From Paragordius varius (taxonomy: Eukaryota; Animalia; Nematomorpha), in NCBI GenBank assembly GCA_964247055.1, contig OZ176053.1, positions 3,658,001-3,722,000 on the forward strand: 64,000 nucleotides of DNA, read 5' to 3'. The position numbers and the translations under genes are program-made. Below, piece after piece: positions 54,380 to 64,000 of the stretch; position 1 is the first letter of the stretch; each line of letters begins with the position of its first letter. A model generated the notes under the pieces. The model had not been told where the DNA came from and made no database searches. It was given only the letters and a program-made list of their open reading frames with translations.

Positions 54380-56055
54380 AACCCCCCAAAACATTTTTGA
54401 CAAAATTAAAATATTATTGGAGCCATATCAAAAGTTTTAAATTTATCATGCTCATATAATATTAATAAAGGGGAATTTAGGGGTTTAAATTCATGTATTG
54501 AAAGTATTAGTCAAAATGTAATCAACTAAAATTTAGTGTTTTTACATATTTTATCTCTTATATGGTGTTAAACTCCGAATTCTTTAGAATTGTGTACATT
54601 TCACTTTAAAAATTCAAGTCTCCGAAAACGAATAAACGGAGCCAAAAAGTTGACCTAAATTTCTGTTGAGGTTTATGAATTTAATAAGGATTGGAATGAA
54701 TCATTATCTCATGAAACCCTATATCCAAAGGTTCCGGAGCTATTTTTAATAATTTAAAAATTATTTATTTTTTTAAATTTTTTAAACCTTTTTTAGAATT
54801 ACTATATTTGGAACAGGTTCCATTTTGGTTTCTGATTTTTTATTAAATATTTTCGTACATGTTAACTATTTTTGATAGTGCGAGCAACAACGTATATTAA
54901 TACCGAAAACTAGGATATTAAACAAATATGTTAAATAAAGTGTAACACTATATAAAATGGCAAGATCCTTGTTTTTTATCATATTGGCACATAGTTCTGA
55001 CATAATATTGTGTTGTGAGTCCCAATATCTACCGTTGATGTAACCTTACATGATAAATTTCTAATGTGGCCCTTGGGTGGCGTGGCGGTTTGAGTACCTT
55101 ACGGTTAATTGATTGTGGACGCTATAGTTTTTGGTTTTTATCCCATGATGGATAAATATGTTATTGTGCATGATATTAACTTTTCTTTTTATTTCCATCT
55201 AATCAAAAGATTAAGCGTTTTATGTAGAATTAAGATGATCAAAAAAATGACAACAGACTACTGCTTTTATTGTAACATTTAATGGGTTAGGATGTATGAT
55301 AAGCCTAGATATTTATTTGAAACTATTAGCAAAAATGTGACCAACATTTAAACGCGACACAGCTTCACAAAATTTTTTTGGTTATCCAGTATAACAAAAA
55401 ATTCTTTTAATGTATTTAATTTTTATTATATTTTTCCCATTTTTTATTGATTTTATTTAATTTAATTTATTTTTTTATAGATCAACTACTCAACAACACG
55501 CGACACCAATCCTAATAAATGTTATACACCATTACTTTGCGAACATCATTGTAGAAAAAAAAACTAAGAGACCATTGCAAACCACAATGTGGTTGATTAA
55601 ACCCAGTTTAAAAATAAAGAAAGAATGTCTAGCAACAATACAATATTTAACCATGGAAAATTGGTTAAAAATTAAATTTTTTACATGATAAAAATAAATA
55701 TCCTTGCTTCTTCCTTGTATTTAACAGTAGTTATTGTACATTTTTTTACGTTTTTTGATCTCTAGGATCTGCTCATAAAAACATGGAAAAAAATTTAACT
55801 TATACATCCTTGTTTTTGTTGGTTGGATTATATAACTTCGTTACCTTCGCAGGATGCTATAAAACATCATTGATGTTACATTCACAAAAGCTGTCTGTGG
55901 CTATAAACAAACTGGTGATTTTAACATGAAAAACATTGATAAAATTATATTTTAGTTTATCTAATAATATGAAATACAAAAAAATGATAACAAATTAATA
56001 ATAGGTGTCCCCTAACTACAAGGATACATACATAACAATAACGGACGGACACACT

Positions 56056-56091
<36 letters not shown>

Positions 56092-57672
56092 CGAAAATAA
56101 TGAATGCTTTTTTTTTCATTATTGATAAAACACACATCTTTTGGTTTTTAGTAGCTAACATCATAACAAGAATAATACATTATTTTATTTTATTTTATTT
56201 CGTATAAATAGAACCACCACTACGATTAATATTAACAAGAATAATAATAATAATAAAACTGTCGCGTTCGCAAGGACATTTGCTCAAAAAAACGAATTTA
56301 TTATTAAATTGCCTAAAAACGACAAATAAATTTTATGGACAAAAATAATCAATGTACAAAAAGAATATTTACCAAGACAAAACCATTATTATTGATATAT
56401 TTAATAAATTGTCGGAATATATTTTGGTATATCTATTATCTTAAAAAGTCGTCTTTGTAGTTATCAAACTCACATTTTAAAATAATAAGCTTGATGTAAC
56501 CAATGGTTAGTATTCGTAAATAATATATTAGGTTAAATATAAAGCGGACACGCACTCATGATTCCGATTAGGGGGGAAAATATTGAATAATTAAAAAATT
56601 AGAAAACATAAATTTTATCATTGCTTATTATCAAGCCCCGAAACCCACAATGGTAAGTTTCGGAAAAAGTCTACATCAATTATAACCTAAAAAGTATAAC
56701 CTTATATAATAATCAGAAAACTGCATGCATGGCCTATTAGTTTATAGGCGCTTTAAATATTTATTATGAGGGGAAGGATTCATTTATAGTCCAGGTCCAC
56801 TGTAATCATTTTTATTAGATTGACGAAAACTTGTATAATTTGGTCACTTTATATTTCCTAGTGTTATAATAATATTTCAAAACTATATATTTTTAAGTAA
56901 ATAAGCTTTTTTAATAAAAATGCAAATTTTGGTTACTGTAATTCTAACTAAATAATTATTTACATTATTTGGTAGCAGAACTTAAAGTTCCAAATAATTT
57001 GTTTTTATTTGATATTATATAATAATCATTTTACAAAATAGGATGGTTGGGGCAAGGATTTTCTATAAATGTAATACCAATTCATATTCATGTTGACAGG
57101 ATTGGGATGCATTATCGTTTTGAAAAAAAGGTCACATATAATTACTGTGCTCCATAAAGATAAAATTTTTCGTTAAATATCATATTCTGTGATCGAAAAT
57201 TAGTTAAAATTTTAATAGATAGAGTTACTAAAAAAAGACTAAAAAAGATCCATTTAAACAATACATGCACCCATTTAAAGTTTAATTTTAACCTTTACTT
57301 TAACAACAGTATCAATTAGATTTACGGCTTTAGCAGAACCTGAAATTAGAAACCCATTTCTGTTTAAGCTGAACCGTTTCAATTGGTGGAAACACCCTAG
57401 CCTTATATTTTCTCAAGAACAAATCAGTTTAGTTCCAAAATTTTAACTCCCATTTTTTAATATTAGAACCAAACCGATTCTGATTTAAATCGTCTTGCAA
57501 ACCTTACCACGGTTCATAACCAAAATAAGCAAAACCCGCATGATCCATGAGAATAAAAAAGAAATGTGTAGAATTTTGCAGGAATTATCAACACCCAAGA
57601 TTATTATTTTAAAAAAAAGTTTATTTAATTGCTAACATAAATAAATTATAGCACTGCGCGCCAAAACTAACA

Positions 57673-57709
<37 letters not shown>

Positions 57710-58337
57710 ATTAGAAACAATTTAACTAATAATTCGAATTATCTTACACGAGACATAATTTAACTTATTGATTATTAAATGTATTTAAAATAATTTTAAT
57801 AAAAGGCTTTTCTTATATTCACCCCTAATGATTTATAAATTTTGATTGACAATAACAAAAGGGCCAATTCTGTACTTTATAAACGTTTAGCCAAAAAAAC
57901 TAATATTATTTTTAAATCATAGAAGTGTTATTATAAATTATTATAAAACTTTCTAAACACAAAACACCCAGTGTTGATTAATAATTTTATGTTCTCTTAC
58001 GTATAAATATTTTGTATCTGAATAGAATTTTAACTTAAACTAAAAAAATTTAAATTTATGAATCGGAAAAACAATTATGTACTATTTTTAAAGTTAAATG
58101 CAGTGGTTTTTGACAATGAAATTTGGATATAATATTGTACACAAAAAATCCCAATGAAATATATATGATAGAAAAAGGTTTTAAGATGATATGGTGCTTT
58201 TGGTTCGTATGATATAAGGAAGTATTACCACTTTTGTGGTAACTACTTCATATTAGAAAATAATTATTTTTGTGAAAGCTAAATGCTTCATTCCAAAATA
58301 TATAAAACAATATTTTTATTAATTAAATTATAGATGT

Positions 58338-59020
58338 AGGCCTCAAACTAAAATTTTCGGGCCCGGCAAAATAGGCAAGTTTTCTTACTGTAAAAATACC
58401 AAGATTGAATGATAGAATTGTAAAATGTATGCTAAAATTTTGACATCACAAAATCTTTTAGCGAAAAAATGGTTCTGTTTAAAAAATTAATTTATAGCGA
58501 ATTTGGTGAAGCGTTTTAATAGTATTTTTAAGCATAGTAGAAACGATTTAATGCTTCAAGATATTATATAAACGCTCTTTCAATATAATTCGAATTTTCT
58601 TAACATTTTAATCATTTAAAGCAAGGGTGTTAACTCGCCCGCCCAATTTTCGAGTTAAGGCCTTTATGTTAAACACCCTAGATTTAAAGGTTTGTCTGCA
58701 TTTAAATATGGGATTATTGTAAAAAATTATATTTAATATAAATTTGAAGACCAAATTTTATTAATCGAAATTTAAAGGTGATAAATATGTTTATCATCAT
58801 CAAATTATATCGAATATTTATATACAAAGCTTTTTTTACTGTTTCAAGGATGCCTCAAAAAGAAGCACTCTTTAATAAAAATTTTTTAAAAATTAAGTTT
58901 TTTAAAGTATGTTTTAAAAAATATTTTTTTTGATACCAAATCTAGCATACATTAAAAATTTCATTGCAAAATTCGGCATTTTTGCGTTTATTTTAAAAAA
59001 CCAGCCAATTAAGATTTTTT
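58338..59020. mobile_element. Older second copy of the 37272 MITE family
   Basis: AAAAATACCAAGATTG (about 58395) and TCGGCATTTTTGCGTTTAT (about 58975) match the two arms of 37272-37905. Boundaries are approximate. Confidence 0.55.
58622..58681. mobile_element. 60-bp hAT-type mini-element
   Basis: TIRs CAAGGGTGTTAAC / GTTAAACACCCTAG with a perfect 8-bp TSD, ATTTAAAG, on both sides. Confidence 0.8.
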
Positions 59021-59239
59021 TAAGAAAGCATAGCATTCATTATTCACCAAAAAATTTTATTTAATACGCGTTATACAAGGATATCTAGCTATCAAATAAC
59101 CTTCTTATACACTCTTAAGCCCCAACACCAAAATCACCATGTTTTGATACCTCTCTTTATTAGAATATATCTATTTCATCATAATATTTTTTATATGTCC
59201 CATTTCGTTTGCAGCGCTTATATTCCAATTAATATTTAA

Positions 59240-60401
59240 CACTTGGATACAACACACTCATTTTAGTTCTTCGATTTAAATTGGGGTAGTTGGATACCCC
59301 AAGCCTGTTTAAAATCAAATACTTTAAAAAGTATGGAAGGAATCGAAACCATGGCAAAATTTTGCACTTATATAACATTAATAAACCAAAATATAAAAAA
59401 AATTTATTCAAAAATACTTGATATTACATATTTTAAGCTAAAACCGAATGGTAAAAATTTCGTCACTGTGACATAAGTCAAATTGTAAATTAAAAAATAA
59501 TACAAAAAACCACTTTTTCTATTTCTATCAATGTTAGATGTAATTTATATAAAAAATTATCTTTAGTTTTACCCTTAACACTTCGATTCAAATTGGGGTA
59601 TCTAAATACCCCAGACTAAATTTAAATTAATATTTTTAAAAAAGTATTGCAGAAAACGGTCCCAATTTAAATTTATGCTTCTATCCTGATAAAAATTATA
59701 TAAATATGCCAAAATAGCTTGATAAAGTTTTGTCTTGAAAAAAAAGTTCCATCTCAAACTACTTCTAGGCCATTTTTATTTTTACAAAATTTTTACAAAA
59801 TATCGTCTTCATTTAATTTTAAGGGTAAACAAAAGCTAATTTTTTATATAAATTACATTTAAAATTGATAGAGATAGAAAAAGCGGTGTCTTTTGCTTTA
59901 TTTTTAATTTTACAATTTCACACATGTCACGTTGGCGAAATTTTTACCTTTCGGTTTCAGCCAAAAATAAGTAATATCAAGTATTTTTGAATAATTTTTT
60001 TTATATATTTCGGTTTATTAATGTTATATAAAAGCAAAATTTTGCCATGGTTTGGATTCCTTCCATATTTTTTAAAATATTTGATTTTGAACAGGCCTGG
60101 GGTATCCAACTACCCCAATTTGAATCGAAGGACTAAAATGAGTGTGTTGTATCCAAGTGTTAAAATTAAACGAAGACGATATTTTGCAAAAATTGTGTGA
60201 AATAAAAATGGCGTCGAAGTAGTTTGAGATGGAACTTTTTTTTCAAAACAAAATTTTATCAAGATATTTTGGCATATTTATATAATTTTATTAGGATAGA
60301 AGCATAAATTTAAATTGGGACCGTTTTCTTCATTAGTTTTTTAAAAATATTTATTTAAATTTAGTCTGGGGTATTTAGATACCCCAATTTGTATCGAAGT
60401 G
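59240..60401 (+). mobile_element. piggyBac-like MITE of about 580 bp (outer copy), interrupted by an inverted copy of itself
   Basis: ttaa|CACTTGGATAC ... GTATCGAAGTG|ttaa; 11-bp TIR with one mismatch; subterminal repeat TTCGATT.AAATTGGGGTA with asymmetric spacing. Confidence 0.85.
59579..60159 (-). mobile_element. piggyBac-like MITE, inner inverted copy (581 bp)
   Basis: Flanked by TTAA at 59575-59578 and 60160-60163. It keeps the intact central site TTAATT-TTAA-GGGTAAA that is split in the outer copy. Confidence 0.85.
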
Positions 60402-60527
60402 TTAATATAAAATTTCTACAATCTTGCTGATACTCAATACTCAAAATTTATTAAAAAATCAAATTTCACAATCAACACATTTTTTTGTAGAGTTAGTAAA
60501 ACACGCTGTAATTTTTAGAACTATAGA

Positions 60528-61763
60528 ATGTCGACCAATGATAAGGAAAATTACGTTTTTAAAGCTAAAATAGCTGAACAAGCGGAAAGATACGATGAAA
60601 TGGTTGAATATATGAAACATGTTTTTCAAGGAAACCATGAATTAACAGTAATTAAATATTTTATTTTAGACTGAAGAACGAAATTTATTATCTGTTGCTT
60701 ACAAAAATGTCATAGGAGCTCGACGTGCATCCTGGCGCATCGTTAATAATTTAGAACAAAAGGATGAGTCAAAGTTGGGATCAGAAAAAATATCAATAAT
60801 TAAAAATTATCGCATTCATATTGAAGATGAACTGAAGAAAATAGGTGATGAAATACTTAATGCCCTTGATCAATACCTAATACCCAATGCGTCCAGCGAT
60901 GAATCCAAAGTATTCTATTACAAAATGAAAGGGGATTATGAAAGATACCTAGCAGAGTTTGCTACAGGTGACGCTCGTAAAAAGGCTGCAGACGAAAGTT
61001 TAGCCGCATATAAAATGGCAAGTGACATCTCAAACACTAAATTATCTCCAACTCACCCAATACGATTGGGTTTGGCTCTTAATTTTTCTGTCTTCTATTA
61101 CGAGATTATGGGGAGTCCTGAAAAGGCATGTAAATTGGCCAAAACTGCGTTTGACGATGCCATATCTGAACTTGATACGTTGTCGGAAGAAAGTTACAAA
61201 GATTCTACTCTTATCATGCAATTGTTACGGGATAATCTAACGTTGTGGAACTCTGACATGCAACAAAAGGAACAGGCCGAAGCATCTCCAAATAGTATAA
61301 TTTTTTAATTAACTACTTACTTCATAGCGTATAATAAAATTAATATACAATTAAACTTTTTAATCAGAAATATTATCGAATATTGAGGATTCATACGAAT
61401 CCATCATCAAACACGGCAAATAATTGTTGGTGTCTTTTTTATAAATTTTTAAAATATGAGAAATATAAAAAAAATTTCCTTTTGTTGTCTTATTGTGAAT
61501 AAATTAAGCTATTTTTATAGCTGAAAATTTAACATTGATAAAACTCAGCGTTTAGCATACTACCTAATTTTTATAAAAAAATTTTAAAAGACGAGCGGCG
61601 AATCGAATAGGTGTTATTTGGCGAAAAATTACATATATATAAATTTAAAAATTATATTTAATGATTTTTAGCTAAAGCTACCGTTTCTTCCCAAGGTAAT
61701 GATTCCCCTACTGCAGTTCACCCACCGCAACAACCTGAAACTCAAAATGCTGCTTTAGTCTAG
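60528..61763 (+). CDS. YWHAE: 14-3-3 protein, epsilon-like
   Basis: Exons 60528-60647, 60670-61294 and 61672-61763 (or read-through to the stop at 61308). Motifs [94 protein letters not shown]. The epsilon assignment comes from LAEFATG/SEESYK/SDMQ and is tentative. Confidence 0.93.
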
Positions 61764-63514
61764 CCTTTTTAACATATGTGTTTTGAAACGTTGCAATTTA
61801 ATTTACTTGATTATGTATTTTTAAAATTACCATTTGTCTCCTTATATTTATAAGCTTATAAACACATTTTGCAATTAATATATTTTATTATAAATTTTTT
61901 ATATTGTTTAATGTTGGTTATCAATTATATACTAATTTTTTTTGCATGCACATTTCATAACATTACAGCGCAAACTCACCATTTATCTTGTCGCATTTAA
62001 TATAATCTAGTCTTGATGATACCAAACCCGAAATATATTTAATGCTCATTCACTTATTTATTCATAAGAAACTGCTTTTTAACACTCATTTATATCTTTG
62101 TAAATTTTTGTAATTAGCTAAATTTTTATCAAATAAATTTGTATATCACAATTTTATTTAATTAATTAGGTGTTTTTATTGCCGTTCGATTTCAAAGTAA
62201 ATGTTATGATACGTTGGTTTCTGCCAAATGCATGAGAAATTTTGTTCAACTTTTTTTCATTCTATTATGATAAATCCAATTATAGGAAAACCTATTACAC
62301 CAAATTAAAGTTTAACCGCGTAATAATTTAAAGGATTAATTGATTTAAATGTTTATGATCCCTGATTTTAAACTTTTTATTTAAAATCGTTGGTAAAATT
62401 AAGGGAAAAACATTTTTAAAAGGGTACACATAATAAAATGTGTAATAATATATTTTTATACAAGAAATTGAATAAATGTTAAGAATGTTATATATGAATA
62501 GTTAATGAAAATAGAATTAAATCCGCATTAATTAAAAGGGATTACCCTGAATCCATACAAAATGTGCCGTTCAAAATTATATTATGAAAGCACTAGCATT
62601 TTGCATTCGATTTTATATACCAAACACATTATAATCCAAAATAAAAGTTTTTGGCGAAAAAAAAGAAAAACTATAAGAGAAGTTTATTTCTTTGTGAATT
62701 TTATCGTTATTTAATCCTCGGTCGTCATATCTATAAAATTATGATCGGAATAAAAGCTGTTTTTCAAAAGCATATAAATTTTTGCCGGTTCAAAAACCGG
62801 AACTGGGGCACATATATAATTTTCCTTTTATTTCTTTCCTCTATACATTGTAAACTTCATTTAGCATGTTTTCTTTATTAAATTAGGATAAGTTTGACGT
62901 AGCGTTAATATGGTTGTATTAATTAATCTTATAATTAATAATATATGAAACCGAAAACAGAACCATTAGACTAAAAATCAATGGAAACAAAATGATAATC
63001 AAATAATTTTGGAATAATTATTTTTTAAAAACATTTGCATGGGGCTCTTTTCAAAACAAATTATAGAATCTTGTTTTACAGCATGGTTTAACAATCCGCT
63101 CAGGTACAACAAAAACTATTTTTATTATAGAAATGTTTACATATATTATTCAAATAAAATGTGTATATATTTTGCAACACAGATATATGATACACTTCTC
63201 AAATTTACGAAAATTGGAATTCAACAAAATGAATTCGGGTTAAGTCAAATACTGAAATTTAATAATCAATCAATTATAGCCTAAATGTAATATAATATAT
63301 ATTTAAAGCGTCGGATTCGTTCGATTTACCATTTTAAAGTAAAAAACTTTTTTAAAGCATAACTAGAAAATATTTCGCATCCTTAATAATCTAATCGATA
63401 AATAGTATTTTTAAGGTAAAATTTTATATAACAAATATACGTACAAGAACAAACAATTTATTAATAAAATGATATAAAAGCGACGACTAACATTACAAAA
63501 ATCATTAAGTAAAA

Positions 63515-63587
63515 TTATTTCTTGAGAGTTGATACACCTGCGGCTAACATCTCGTCCACCAACAGAATATTGCCAGCAATGACGGTA
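63515..63587 (-). CDS. CCT6: Last coding exon of chaperonin CCT subunit zeta (rest of gene beyond the window)
   Basis: TTTTTTAG acceptor, then TVIAGNILLVDEMLAAGVSTLKK*, which matches the CCT6 C-terminal pattern TVIAxNILLVDE..RAG.S.LK. Confidence 0.75.
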
Positions 63588-64000
63588 CTAAAAAATAGCC
63601 ATAAAATATTATATCCAAAATAAATAATTTATATACAAAACAAATGCCAAGATTAATTTTTTAAGGCCAACAAAGTCCTATTGCCACCTCTCAGCGGTGT
63701 TAAATCATTAGTTGTACACAAGGGCATGTGTTACGTAAAAAATCGCCTCAGATAACCATAAAGGATAAATATCATAAATATAAATTAAAAGCTCCGCGTA
63801 GCCCTACCCTATTTGCATACTACTATGTTTTCATTTTTGTATTAATAATTTGTTCAACCAACATTAGTGTAAATACTAACCAGAATATTTTCATATATAT
63901 ATATATGTTTTTAAATTTTATATCTAAAATTTCTTAAAACCTAAATTGTGGGATATTAACCGTAAAAACCGGTCTAAGCGCTTATTGCAATTCACGGGCA

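Noticed and set aside
55240-55690. Cys/His-containing fragments resembling a transposase zinc finger
   Set aside because: Short, in different frames, with no catalytic motifs.
56630-56658. ACAATG|GTAAGT as an upstream first exon of 14-3-3 (would add MNYR in frame via the 60518 acceptor)
   Set aside because: A single donor-like match 3.9 kb away with no independent support.
1-64000. CRISPR arrays, rRNA, tRNA, spliceosomal snRNA, autonomous transposase or RT ORFs
   Set aside because: No regularly spaced repeat-spacer array, no recognisable RNA gene signature and no long transposon ORF found by eye.

Overview
AT-rich, intron-rich animal genomic DNA. The gene content suggests a protostome, possibly nematode-related such as a nematomorph (inference only). 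Seven protein-coding loci were rebuilt by hand from GT-AG junctions: a 5'-truncated Piezo channel (1-18062, +), intronless L2HGDH (-), a type II membrane/cuticle-type collagen ending in a spongin short-chain-collagen (C4/NC1-like) domain (+), an intronless class A GPCR (+), a cytoplasmic intermediate filament gene with a lamin-tail domain (-), an epsilon-like 14-3-3 (+) and the last exon of CCT6 (-). Spacers hold many non-autonomous DNA transposons (hAT, piggyBac-like, TTAA-type, foldback). The strongest observations are: (1) an apparent Piezo splicing system with two 148-nt mutually exclusive exons for the anchor domain and a 585-nt in-frame exon at the plug/latch junction, next to Rbfox-type motifs; (2) a collagen joining a nematode cuticle-collagen N-terminus to a spongin-type C-terminal domain, built from 126-nt exons; (3) an apparently obligatory 22-nt intron in 14-3-3; (4) a piggyBac-like MITE inserted into a copy of itself; (5) a GPCR bracketed by inverted copies of one TTAA element. 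Everything was read by eye; no searches or folding programs were run.
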